Positions 1-13,067 of a stretch of 58,984 bases of DNA are shown here, one piece after another; positions within the stretch are counted from its first letter, which is position 1, and the number at the start of each line of letters is the position of its first letter. The translations under genes were made by a program, and so were the position numbers. The stretch is from the NCBI RefSeq assembly GCF_001194135.2, contig NC_069004.1, positions 24,675,047 to 24,734,030 on the forward strand, written 5' to 3'. The notes under the pieces are model-generated. The model saw nothing but the letters and a program-made list of their open reading frames with translations. It had not been told where the DNA came from and ran no database searches. The stretch is from Octopus bimaculoides. Lineage: Eukaryota.

Positions 1-567
1 ATATATATTTACATATATATATATATTTACATACACATATACGTTCATACATACTTTTATACATACATAATTTTCTGCACACATAGACATACATTCACAC
101 GCCTCTGAATATACTCCTCCCAAAATGTCTTAACCGAATGCTAAGTCTATGGCTTCTGCATAACCAGATGTTCAGAGCCATTTTGGTACAGTCCTCTATT
201 TTAACATTTTGTCACTAGTTAATAAAAGTGCGTTAAAGAATGAAAAAACTAAAAATAACAACAAGAACAACAATAACAAAATAGAAAAAGTAAAGATGAA
301 AAAATTTTATGAAAGCTGTAATACAATAGCCTAGATATTGTCCGGATTAAAGCGGTCTAGCGCAAAATAAAGTGTGGGAAACATGTCTTTTAGAATTTAC
401 AACATTGTCTTTGACGAGTTCTTTGAATGTTTATTCTTTTATGTGCCAATGGTTATTTTATACTTTTACTCTTGCTTCAAAAAAATTTTCACATCAGACT
501 AGTTTTTATCGCTACTGCTGCTACTGCTGTCACCGTCATTGCTATTGTTGTTGTTGAACACCATTTA

Positions 568-621
568 GTAGAACAGGTGCGGCCCTGGTAGAACAGGTGC
601 GGCCCTGGTAGAACAGGTGCG
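568..621. repeat. 20-bp tandem repeat GTAGAACAGGTGCGGCCCTG x2.7
   Basis: Units at 568, 588 and 608 read directly. Confidence 0.9.
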
Positions 622-745
622 AGTCCCGTGAGACCAAGTGGCTGTTCCAGTGCATCTACCTCGCCATCCTCCGAGGCAACGCCTTATCTTTTTCATCTTC
701 TGGTGCCATGAAGAAGTCTGAGTTACAGGAAATCGTACCTTCCAC
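621..745 (+). mobile_element. 3-prime end remnant of a CRE-like RLE non-LTR retrotransposon
   Basis: Translates ESRETKWLFQCIYLAILRGNALS, resembling the C-terminal LxQRLSLAxxRGNA motif of CRE-type ORFs. Confidence 0.55.
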
Positions 746-811
746 CCCCTCTTATAAAATTCCGAATATATACACACAATATGGAAAATATTGCTTCGGC
801 GTCAACACAGG

Positions 812-1124
812 TGACGTCTTTAGTCGAATAATTTGATCCCAGGACTTATTCTATGTGAGCCTAGTACTAATTCTATCGGTTCTTTTATCGAACCGCTAAG
901 TTACGGGGACTTAAACACACCAACATCGGTTGCCAAGCGATGGTGGAGGGACAAATAGACACACAAAAATATACATAGCTATATGTATATTTATATATGT
1001 GTGTGTGTATATATATATATTTATATATATATATTTATATATATATATTNNNNNNNNNNGGGACTGAACCCAGAACCATGTTGTTGGGAAGCAAGCTTCT
1101 TACCACACAACCACGCCTGCTCCT
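812..1124 (-). mobile_element. tRNA-derived SINE family A (bipartite, internal TA/TG microsatellite)
   Basis: Reverse complement of the element at 34651-35075; tail half, (TA)n/gap, then head half. Confidence 0.8.
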
Positions 1125-1225
1125 AGTTATTGTTTTCTACGGCTTACTCTCTGAATAAGCACAATTGTATTGTTTGTGCGTAGGTAATAGGGGTGGTCAG
1201 CTGCTTTTAATATCTTATTGCAATT

Positions 1226-1400
1226 AGGCGGCGCGCTGGCAGAATCGTTAGCACACCGGGTAATATGCTTGGCGGTATCTCGTCCACCTTTACGTTCTGA
1301 GTTCAAATTCCACCGGGGTCGACTTTGCCTTTCATCCTTTTAGGGTCAATAAAATAAGTACCAGTTGAACACTGGAGTCAATGTAATCGTGTACTCGTCT
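1226..1400 (+). mobile_element. tRNA-derived SINE family B
   Basis: Head GGCGGCG(A/C)GCTGGCAGAATCGTTAGCAC, B-box-like GAGTTCAAATTCC and central GTCGACTTTGCCTTTCATCCTT; many copies in the window. Confidence 0.85.
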
Positions 1401-1529
1401 CTAGAAACAATTATTATTACTAGGCGAAACACCACTTTCCGGGCGGTTTTCTGCAAGTCGCCGAGTAATATTTACATATCTGACACCCAATTTGTGTAAC
1501 TTGTCTATATTATTTCTTACCTTTTATTT

Positions 1530-1756
1530 TTTTTTTACTTGTTTCAGTCACTAGACTGCGGCCATCCGGGGGCACTGCCTTCAAGAACTTTTACTCGAAT
1601 GAATGGACATCTGTACTTATCTTTTTAAGCCTGACACAAATTCTATTGATATCTTTTGCCGAACCGTTAAGCTACGGAGATTTAAATACAACAATACAAG
1701 ACGTCAAGCGGTAGTGGGGCACAGAGAGACAAAGTCACACACGCATACACACGCAT

Positions 1757-1788
<32 letters not shown>

Positions 1789-2078
1789 NNNNNNNNNNNN
1801 NNNNNNNNNNNNNNNNNNNNNNNNNNNNNNNNNNNNNNNNNNNNNNNNNNNNNNNNNNNNNNNNNNNNNNNNNNNNNNNNNNNNNNNNNNNNNNNNNNNN
1901 NNNNNNNNNNNNNNNNNNNNNNNNNNNNNNNNNNNNNNNNNNNNNNNNNNNNNNNNNNNNNNNNNNNNNNNNNNNNNNNNNNNNNNNNNNNNNNNNNNNN
2001 NNNNNNNNNNNNNATAGATAGACTGACAGATAGACAGGCAGGCAGGCAGACAGACATACAGACAGACAAAAAGATAGA

Positions 2079-2121
<43 letters not shown>

Positions 2122-2145
2122 GCAGATAGCTAGATAGATAGATAA

Positions 2146-2177
<32 letters not shown>

Positions 2178-2450
2178 GCAGATAGCTAGATAGATAGATA
2201 GATAAATAGATAGATAGACTGACAGATAGACAGGCAGGCAGGCAGACAGACATACAGACAGACAAAAATATAGATAGATAGATAGATAGATACATACATA
2301 CATACATACATACGACGGGCTTCTTTCAGTTTCCGTCTACCTAATCTACTCGCAAATCTTTGGTCGGCCCGATGCGGTAATAGAAGATATTAACGCAAGG
2401 TGCCACGCAGTAGGACTGAACGCAGGACCATGAGGTTGAGTAGCAAATCC
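1530..2450 (-). mobile_element. SINE family A with a greatly expanded internal microsatellite
   Basis: Tail half about 1530-1735, head half about 2314-2450, separated by (CA)n, a gap, and (GATA)n/(GACA)n. Confidence 0.7.
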
Positions 2451-3421
2451 TTTTCCCTTGTATCCTTTATTCGTCTAATAGTTCTCCCACAACCATAAAT
2501 TTAGAATAATAGCTAACACTCACAGACAATGTTAGAATTTATGAAGACATTGTGTATTACGTTAACTTAACTTAGCCACGTAAACATCCTCAGTTGATCG
2601 CACATATACAAACCAAAATTTTGGACTGGAAATCACTTGAAAAACCTGTCATCGGCTCGATCACATGTGATAGTGTAACTGACGATATGCTTCCTGTCGA
2701 TATATATATTTCTATACGTCTTGTATTGTTGTATTTACCTAACAAACACTCAACTACAGACGAACAGAGACAGGAAATGATATTTTTTTATTCCCCAACA
2801 TATGAACTACGATAAGACGAACATCAATTTAGGCGAAGGAGTTAGCTATCGGAGTTATATAACAGATATCATATTATCGTTCTTATCATGTACTATAACA
2901 GTCTGCTATAATGGTTATTTTTTTAAACATTGTGCACAGCAATCAAATGCTTTAGCTGAAAGAAAAGAAATCAAGTTTGTATTTGGTACAACTGTTGTAA
3001 GTAAACTAAAATCCCTTTTCTTCTTCAGCTTTTCTTGCATATTTTTAGGTTTTTTTTTTATTTCTTCAACAACACCTAACAAATATGAAAGGATAGCGGC
3101 ATCAACATAATTTGGTTGGTGTCGGATTAAACTTACAATTTGAGATATGATTTTACTGATATGTCTGTTGAAAAAAAAATCGTCATAAGTTGTATGAGAG
3201 ACACAAAAGACAAACAAGGAACGCTGACAATGTCTCAATGATAAAAATCCCTATCTTGCAGTAAATTAAAATTAATTTTCTGTATTTGGAATCTTCAAAA
3301 ACGAAACTTGAAAACTACATTTGATAAAATTATATACGAATACATGCATACATACATACATACATACATACATACACACATACATACACACACACACACA
3401 CACACGCACATATATATATAC

Positions 3422-3504
<83 letters not shown>

Positions 3505-3939
3505 CGCACACATACTTGCATATATATATATATACACACACACATGTATATATGGTTACAGGACGTCACCAACAGTAAACAAGACGAAATATAAAAACAA
3601 ATGACTTCAATACGCAAACAACGAGAGAAACAAATGGAAACAGGACACGTGACACAAAGAACGACCATTCATCAATTGTCGGCTGTCTATTTGCTCCTCA
3701 TTTCGAGCATTGAACAACAATATGAGTCTTCGAAGTCAGTTACTCCCGTAAGCACTAAATTAAAATTTTGGATTTATGGAGGTTTCATAGACTTCGAAAT
3801 GTGCTGTAGCGGTTATGAGTCCAAGTGTAGCTGCACTTCAGGTCGATATTATTGTCGTCTTCGGGAAACACCCATGTATAGCCTTCTTTCAGTATGCTTA
3901 GCGTTTCATATCCTTTTCTATTTTTTTTTTTTTTGAAGT

Positions 3940-4490
3940 ATGTTAGTCCAGTTGTTTTGGAGTTGTATGGGTGTCATCAGAAGTGAGCTCTTCCCCCGGA
4001 GTAGCTCACAGTCGATACGTAGAGCTATTCAGCTCTAGCTTTATGTAATAATTTTTACTGCTGTTGTTTAGCAGGTCCTCTCCGATAGAGACAAGAAGAC
4101 ATCATTCGGAGGCTATCCATGGAGTGCATTTTCTGCACAGATCAGTTAGATATCCTAAATGCTGGTATCAATAATGGTACTACGAATGCATTTAAGGATG
4201 TTGACTTGTAAGGGAAGAGAGCAATATTTTTCTAGGACTGAAATAAATTCTCGGTTCACTTTATCTTTATTCACTACTCATTTGTATATGCTTTCATCAA
4301 TGCCCAGGAATTTGTAGCATTCTGTGTGTGTGGAACAGGAAAGATAGGGGCCCCGTTGATGCACAGGTTTTGGGTTTGAAGGACTGATTTTTTTCCCACA
4401 TTCAGCTATCAAATACGAACATTTCTGATGGCCAAATTCCATTCTTATATCAGTCGAAAATGTTATTAACTCTAGCTGTTTTTTATTATT
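3940..4490 (-). mobile_element. R4/Dong-like LINE reverse transcriptase fragment (degenerate)
   Basis: Minus strand reads TFSTDIRMEFGHQKCSYLI, YKFLGIDESI and NAFVVPLLIP, matching the FSxDIGMEFGxxKC, YKYLG and NAFAVP blocks of R4/Dong RTs. Confidence 0.7.
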
Positions 4491-5279
4491 TTGTTAGCAT
4501 TGTAAACATTTTTAGCGTAGATCGCCAGGCCATCTCACCCCCCCCCCCCAATAAATATGGGTTGCATTGGTATTTCTAGCAGTTGTATGTATGTGTATAC
4601 GTACGTATGTTTGTATGTATCTATGTATGCATGTATGTATGTACATATGTATGTACATATGTATGTAGGTATGTATGTGTGCGTATATATATATATATAT
4701 ATATATAAGTACGTGTATGTGTAGGTACGTACGTATGTGTATATGTATGTATGTGTATGTATGTACGTACGTATGTATGTACGTATGTATGTATGTACGC
4801 ATGTATGTATGTATGCATATATATATGTATGTATTACAAGACACGATGAGAGCAGAATCAAAAAAACTGATATACGCTCGCAAGGCGTGTACCATCAATC
4901 TCACCATTTGTTTTTGACTGTCTGTTGATTTAATGTGCTGGAAGATTTAAGTAAAGAAATAACTGATGAAAGAAACGAATAAATGCAAAAAGAAATCCAA
5001 ACAAAAGGAAAGACGATGATAAATAGGAAAAGCTGAATGAGAAGACAAAAGACAAAATTAACAAAACGAAAGAATGAATTTAATAATATAACTGCAAAAC
5101 GACAAAGGAAATAAGTGCACTTTTACTTCAACGGTATTTTAGTGTAGAAAACTTCGGAAGAATATTGAAGAATATCGAAGAATGACGGTGAAGTTGGAAC
5201 AGAAGCAAATTAAAATGCAGGGAAATGGAAAAAGAAAGGGGGAAGAGATCGTTATGTTGCTTTGCATTAACTGCTAGTG

Positions 5280-6000
5280 TCTGTTATGTGAAATTGGGTG
5301 TTTTAGGAAAGAGGGTGAAGTAGGAGGGGATGTAGGAAGTGAAGAAGAAGAAGAAGAAGAAGAAGAAGAAGAAGAAGAAGAAGAAGAAGAAGAAGAAGAA
5401 GAAATGAAAAGAAGAAAAAGAAGACGGAGGAGAAGAAAGAGGAGGGTAAAGAAAACAAATAAGAATGAAGATAAAGAAGCAAAAAACGAACAAGGAAGAA
5501 CGGGAAGCGGAGGAAGGGAACGAAGAGGAGGAGGAGGAGGAGGAGGAGGAGGAGGAGGCGGAAAAAGAAACTGAAGACAAGAAAGAAAGAAAACGAAGAA
5601 GAGGAGATGAATAAAAAAAGAGAAAAAGGAGGTGGAGAGGAGGGATGAAGAAGAGGAGTGAAGCAAGAAAGAATGGGAGGAGAAGAAAAGGAGGGAGGTA
5701 TGAAGAAGAAGAAGAAGACGGAGGAGAAGAAGAAGAAGAAGAAGAGCAAGAACAAGAAGAAAAAGAAGAAAGAAAGGAAGAAAGAAAGAAAGAAGAAGAA
5801 GAAGAAAGAAAAAGAAGAAAGAAAGAAGAAGAAGAAGAAAGAAAAAGAAGAAGAAGGGGAGGACGAGGTGGACAAAAGGAAGAAGAAGAAGAAGAAGAAG
5901 AAGAAGAAGAAGAAGAAGAAGAAGAAGAAGAAGAAGAAGAAGAAGAAGAAGAAGAAGAAGAAGAAGAAGAAGAAGAAGAAAAAGAAGAAGAAGAAGACAA
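5280..6000. repeat. Polypurine tract with long (GAA)n and (GGA)n runs
   Basis: Pure (GAA)n at about 5341-5400 and 5880-5980, (GGA)n at about 5525-5560; very few pyrimidines. Confidence 0.95.
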
Positions 6001-6169
6001 CCGTATAGAGTACTTATGTTTCATTTGTTTTAAAATGCCACACTTTAAAATGAAAACAAATTAAGTTGTCTGGAGAAGCATTGTTGGTTCTCATTTTACT
6101 CGGAGTTTTATTTCTCTGTCTTTAAATAAACTCTGAAAATCTGTCTGTCATTCTGGTTTTTACAATGTC

Positions 6170-7050
<881 letters not shown>

Positions 7051-7099
7051 AAAATGCTTGTGCTGTAAATTAGTGCACTTCATTCATAAAATGACAGTA

Positions 7100-7265
7100 T
7101 TTGTGCAACTGCACAGTGTGCCACACGTCTGGTGTTGAAGTGATTGCAGAAGAACGGAAAATGAAGTGTTTTACTCAAGAATCGATTCCCGGTCTTCGAA
7201 TCGATACTGTTATCTTCCGATTGTGAGTGCAATGCTCTAACCATTAACCCACGCTGTCTAACTAT
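7100..7265 (-). mobile_element. tRNA-derived SINE family D fragment
   Basis: Reverse complement begins TGGGTTAATGGTTAGAGCATTGCACTC and shares AAAACACTTCATTTT with the + copy at about 19670-19910. Confidence 0.5.
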
Positions 7266-7284
7266 ATAATGATTTCAAATTTTG

Positions 7285-7475
7285 GTTCAAGTTCAGCAAT
7301 TTCGGCGGCTGGGATGATTCGATGAAATCGATCCCAGTGCACAATTGGTCCTTATTTTATCGATCTCCAAAAGATGAAAGGCAAAGTCGACCTGGGCGGA
7401 ATTTGAACTCTGACCGTGATGATGATGAAATGCCGCTAAGCGTTTGGCTCATAGTGGTAACGATTCTGCCAGCAC
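7285..7475 (-). mobile_element. SINE family B
   Basis: GATGAAAGGCAAAGTCGACC..GGAATTTGAACTC..GATTCTGCCAGC. Confidence 0.8.
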
Positions 7476-8087
7476 TCACCCAGTATATAATACAGACCGG
7501 AGTAGAACAATCAAAAATGGAGGAAGTGATATCACAGAGAAACGATTTGGTTCTTCAGACTACATAAACATAAAAGCAGAAGAAAACAAAACAAACAAAA
7601 AACTATTTGAAAAGATAGTGACGATACTAATAAAACAAAACTTCAAATGAGTCAATAAGTACATCTTTAAAAGAGATAACAGCATTAATTATATAAAAAA
7701 TAAAATGAATAGATAAATGAAGTAATTATCAACTAGTTGAAAGCGCTTTTAGCCCCCAAAACTGGAATAAAAGCAATAATGTCAGTAACAGCTTTCTGTG
7801 AATAATATAAAGAATTCTCAGGTGGAATTAAGGCAATGAAGGAAGAGAGGAAAATAATTTGGAGTCAAAACACATGAGTAAGAAAGTAAGTAGACACCAG
7901 AACAAATCTAAAGGAAGTTTACCAATTAATTTTGTTTATTTGCTTCAAAATGAATGAAGAATTATAAATGTGTTTCATTAAGAGTAAGATCGAAGGAAAC
8001 TCGTTATGGTCTGTGTCTGTAGATGTTGAGTATGAACTGTAGAAAATGTTTAATAAATTGGTTTGCGGCGACGAACACAAAATGTGT

Positions 8088-8114
8088 TACGTTTCGGGCA
8101 ATAACCTTCATCAG
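8088..8114 (-). ncRNA. Minimal hammerhead-like core (Penelope-type terminal repeat)
   Basis: Minus strand CUGAUGA-AGGUUAUUGCCC-GAAAC-GUA; helix I not evident. Confidence 0.4.
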
Positions 8115-8329
8115 AGAATAGCTTATATTTAACTGCCGCCAACGTAGGTTATTTTAATTACATTTATTTATTCGATGCCATTAATATGGGCGATTCCTGT
8201 GCTGTATTTGGCAGAGGATCTGTCTGGATTACAGAAGATGCACAGTTCGAGTACCACAGGCGGCATTCGATCTGTTTTAGGTGCAGGCAAGGCTGCACCT
8301 AAGAAAGAAGGGTTACTGTCCAGCTATTG

Positions 8330-8640
8330 TGGTATTAAGTTTAACCCATTGCGTGGAAATTTGGCAACTGTCTTCTATAGCCCTGGGTCGAGCAATGCGT
8401 GTGTGTGTTTGCCTGAGTGTGTGTGTATCTTTGCGTCAGTGTTTGTCCCCCACCATCGCTTGACAACCGGTGCTGGTGTGTTTACGTCGCCGTAGCTTAG
8501 CACTTCGGCAAAAACGACCGATAGACTAACTACTAGGCTTAATAGGGACTGGGATCGATTCAATCGACTGAAAAAAATTTAAGATGGTACTCCAGCATGG
8601 CCGTAGTCTAATGACTGAAACAAATAAAAGATAAAAGATA
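8330..8640 (+). mobile_element. SINE family A (degenerate)
   Basis: TTGGCAACTGTCTTCTATAGCC, TTTGTCCCCCACCATCGCTTGACAACCG and the CAGCATGGCCG..ATGACTGAAACAA tail. Confidence 0.75.
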
Positions 8641-9432
8641 AATGCTAGTGTGTGTGTGTGTGTGTGTGCGCGAGCGTGCGTGTGTGTGTGTATGTGTGCG
8701 TGTATGTGTGTGTGTGTGTGCGTGCGTACGTGTGTGTGTGTGCGTGAGTGTGTGTGTGTGTGTGTGTGTTAATAATTATTATTTGCGGCAAAAGTAGTGT
8801 TAATACCTGAAGGCAATCTTTCCATTCAACTTAAAGTTGATGTATTGTTAGAACACCGAATACTGAGGTATTTGTCTTGAGAGGACCTCTCATATGGACG
8901 CATGGATCATAAAGATAAGTAAGAAAGCGCATAATCCTGTGGTTTCCACTTGAAAGACAGAGACATTTTGAGAGTCCGGGTTGCTTTGCCAAACTCCTTC
9001 TCTTACTCGTCATTGTGAAGGTAGAGATCCTTTATCTAGACAGCTGGGAAACTGTAGGGGCTTATATTCTGGTTGTTTGAGGTAAGAGAAGACTACCAAC
9101 TTCGTCGAGTGTCTAGTTTTAAGTAGGATGCAAAACGGGTAGGGGCTGTGCAGGGTTTAACCACTGGGATTTGAGGCAGAGAACCTTCAGACCTGAGAAA
9201 GAAAGGAAATTGGGATTCTTGAAAATTCTTTTGACAAGGGATCCTTAATATCACTACAGACTTTTAAGTATGTGGGAATAACTTGCATGTTATACGATGC
9301 ACGAAGGGATACTGGAATCGACGGTGTTGAGATGCCGGGTTAGAGTCCTTCAGTTTGTATGAAGGAATAATTTCCCCCGAATTTCGTAGGCAGTTTTATA
9401 TATGTATACATATATATATTTATATATGTATA

Positions 9433-9852
9433 CAAGGCTGGCTTAAAACTCATAGCCGTTCTAAGCACTTAAGATATTTTGGTGCTCCCATATATGTAAT
9501 TATATAAAAAATAATAAACCATAAAAGAATTAACTATTTTCCCAAATAAAACAAAAACAACAGTAACATGGAAAATAATATTTATTCTTCTATACTTCAA
9601 CTTAATTTATATTTGAGATTTCCTCTACATTTTTAATTGCAAAGTCTTTGATCAGATCCCCGGAATTAATCATACATAGCACATCGGATAATTGTATCTG
9701 ATCATATAAACCACTTAGAATATTAGTTTAGCAAGATTAAATTGATTTCTTTTGTGCCGTAAGCCATTTACCATTTAAGTGGTGCCCCACTTCTCATGAT
9801 CCCCTATGCACATGCTTATTTAGCTTAATGGTAAATTCTTAATCTAGCGCTG
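9433..9852. mobile_element. Possible degenerate non-autonomous hAT-like element
   Basis: Imperfect termini CAAGGCTGGCTT versus reverse-complement CAGCGCTAGATT (8/12) and subterminal GGTGCYCC motifs; no TSD seen. Confidence 0.25.
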
Positions 9853-9860
9853 CTTATTTA

Positions 9861-9982
<122 letters not shown>

Positions 9983-10325
9983 TGCAATCGATACTATGTC
10001 TATATGTGCATATAAACGCTATCGATTAACAAAAGATATGTTAATTATATGTCATAAAATAAATGTGAACGTATGTTTCTGTATTATAGTATGAGTGTGT
10101 ATGACATTTCATTACATATTTGTATGTGTGTATAATTTTGCATGTTCCTTAAAAGAAGTCTTTCTTCCTCTCTCTCTGAGTCACACATTGTCTTATTCCC
10201 TCTGTTGTTTCTCACTTCCGCTCCCTCTCAGTCTCGCCCCCACGTCTCTCTCCCTCTCTCTTTGCATATATGCATATATGCATATTTATATGTATGTATA
10301 TATGTTTGTATGTAAGTGTGTATAC

Positions 10326-10357
<32 letters not shown>

Positions 10358-10477
10358 ACTATCTATCAACCTACCTCCCTACATACGTACCTTTCCATTC
10401 ATCCGTCAATTACTTACCTACCTACCTACCTACCTACCTACCTACCTACCTACCTACCTACCTATCTACCTACCTGC

Positions 10478-10540
<63 letters not shown>

Positions 10541-10758
10541 ATTTTCGAAGCTACGAGAAATAATCCCTGCTATCTCTCATGTTGAGACCAGTCCCTGATG
10601 GTAAACCGACAGGATTACGTCAATCAGTTTCGTAACTTTCCTACATTCGTTGGACATTCTCTGTATAAATAAATGTATTTAGTCTTACATTACAACGTAT
10701 TCAGTGCTTTCTTGTGAAAAACTGCCGCGTAATCCCTTGATTAAAACTCTGTCATATA

Positions 10759-10826
<68 letters not shown>

Positions 10827-11094
10827 GTGTGTGAGTCTATATATGTGTGTGTATGTGTGTATATGTGCTGGTACGTGTGTGTGTGTATGTTTGTGTGTGT
10901 GAATGTTCCTCTAACGCTAACTTAAGGCTGCTATACTTAGCATTCAATTGTATGTTTCGTATTAGAAATAATTCTTCAGTGCCACCCATTGTATATTCCT
11001 TTCTATCTGCTTTGTCTGTCTGTCTGTCTGTCTATAGTCAGTCTCTGTCTCCGTCTGTCTGTCTCTGTCTGTCTGTCTCTCTCTCTCTCTCTCA

Positions 11095-11126
<32 letters not shown>

Positions 11127-11624
11127 ATATCTATCACTCTGCCTGTCTTAGTGCCTATCTGTCTGTCTGTCTGTCTGTCTGTCCATCTATCTATTTAGCT
11201 GTTTGTTTGTCTGTCTGTCTATCTAATTATCTGTATACACGCATGTGCACATACAGACACATACCAACACACTGACATACATACATACATGCATGCATAC
11301 ATAGATGCATACATACACACACACATATATATATCCATACATGCATACATACATACACACACACATACATACATACGTTCATACATGAATAGATACATAC
11401 ATATGCATACATACATACTGGCATGCATGCATACATACATGCATACATAGATACATGCATACATACAAACGTACATACATACGTACATACATACGTACAT
11501 GCATACGTACATACATACATATTAGACATACTCATACCAAACACTCCCCATATATAAGTAAACAAAAATGTGCAAATAGAAATGATTCAAGGTTATCATT
11601 GTTATGTGTATGAGCAACATTCAC

Positions 11625-11800
11625 ATAGTCGTGGCTGTGTGGTAAAAATCTTGCTTCCCAGCCACGCGTTTTCGGGTTCAGTTCCACTGCTTGGCACATT
11701 GGGCAAGGGTCTTCTGCTATAGTCTCGGGCCGACCAAAGTCTTGTGAGGGAATTTGGTTGATGGAAACTGAAAGAAGCCAGTCACACACAGACAAACACA
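11625..11800 (+). mobile_element. SINE family A head half
   Basis: GTGGCTGTGTGGTAA..GGGTTCAGTTCCACTG..GGGCAAG..GGCCGACCAAAG..GGAAACTGAAAGAAGCC. Confidence 0.8.
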
Positions 11801-11939
11801 CACATGTATATATATCTATGTGTATGTGACGGTATTTGAAGACAGATTTATAGTTTAAAAAGAAACAAACGCTTATATAAAAACAGAAAAAAACTGTATT
11901 TCTATAGAAAATAACATAAACATAAAGATAAATTATCAA

Positions 11940-12911
11940 TTAATAATTTCATTCAACGAAACCACCATAAGCATCAATGACTGCCTCTACGCGGGGTCGA
12001 AATTATTTAGAAACTCGGATTAAATGGTCCTTGTTCATATCGGACATGACTCGAACTATGGTGGCTTTCAAAGAATTTTTGGTGTTATGGGGGTGTTCAT
12101 TAATATTTTTCTCAACGATGCTCCATACATAGTAGTCCAGTGGATGGAGATCTGGAGAATTAGGATGCCAAATGTTGGGGATTGATGTGATTTTACAAAT
12201 TGCCGGCCATCCACTTTTGTGTCATTTGAGCCTTGTGTGATGGTGCAGAATCTTGTTAAAAGACATAAGGCCTTCCACTGTTGATCTAAGGCTTAACAAC
12301 TATATCCAGAACCTCAATATACGCAGCAGTATTTACCCTAAGTCCCTGTGGAAAAAGTGAGGAGGCATTACATGTCCTTCATTGCTAATGACACCTAAAA
12401 GCACGAGACTTGATAGCCATCTGTCATTTCTTCTGTTAGTTTTCTGGTCCTGGTCAAAGTTTTTCTCATCTGAGAAAAACCAAATCCCACCATCTTCTAA
12501 TGGATTTTTAAGTTTGTTCAAAAGTCTTTTGGATCTGATTAAACTATTTACTTTTGTTTTTTTCTGACGTGAATTGACGTCTCCTCATCACGTAAAATTT
12601 GTATCTGATGTCTTCATGCTTGGAATGTTTTTTTTTTTCTTTTTAACGTTTTGATGCAGGTAATACGTTTCCATCTTCTTTCTCTAACTCACACCGAATC
12701 TTGTGGACAAAAGATCTTGCAACTTTCAGAAAACTAGAAATTTCGAAACAACCATGCTTAGCCTTCAAAGCGACAATCACTGCATGCCTTTTCATTTCAT
12801 TAGGAAGCATAGGGCCTGTCACCGTTATTTTCTGAAATAGCAGTTCAATAAAAATTAGTCAAATAAAATAAGACTAAAAATGCATGTGTTTTCATTTACC
12901 GCCCCACCCTG
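11940..12911 (-). mobile_element. Decayed Tc1/mariner-superfamily transposase (maT/DD37D-like) with one terminal repeat
   Basis: Minus strand FFSDEKNFDQDQKTNRRNDRWL, GHVMPPHFF, WHPNSPDLHPLDYYVWSIVEK and RPRVEAVIDAYGG, with stops and frameshifts. Terminus CAGGGTG at 12905-12911 (minus). Confidence 0.8.
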
Positions 12912-13019
12912 AATAAAGATTATCAAAAGTATATAAACTAAACTCAAGCGCTGGTTTCTGTTTCCTTTGCTTGGTCTATCACAACTAATATGTGTGTGTT
13001 TGTGTGTGTGCATGTGTGA

Positions 13020-13067
<48 letters not shown>

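Noticed and set aside
568-621. CRISPR-like appearance of short direct repeats
   Set aside because: No spacers, eukaryotic context and no cas genes.
2940-2996. Possible 57-nt exon QSNALAERKEIKFVFGTTV ending at GTAAGT
   Set aside because: Weak acceptor context, no recognisable protein and no partner exons.
3770-3830. Degenerate hammerhead-like traces (also 10590-10660 minus, 28909-28955 plus, 48260-48310 minus)
   Set aside because: Core residues or helices are too eroded or out of order to support a call.
5274-6064. Poly-Glu, poly-Lys and poly-Ser ORFs
   Set aside because: Translations of (GAA)n; no splice or domain support.
8830-9390. Higher-complexity segments that may be LINE/PLE debris (also 30740-31020, 56050-56500, 56800-57130)
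   Set aside because: No motif I could confidently assign in any frame.
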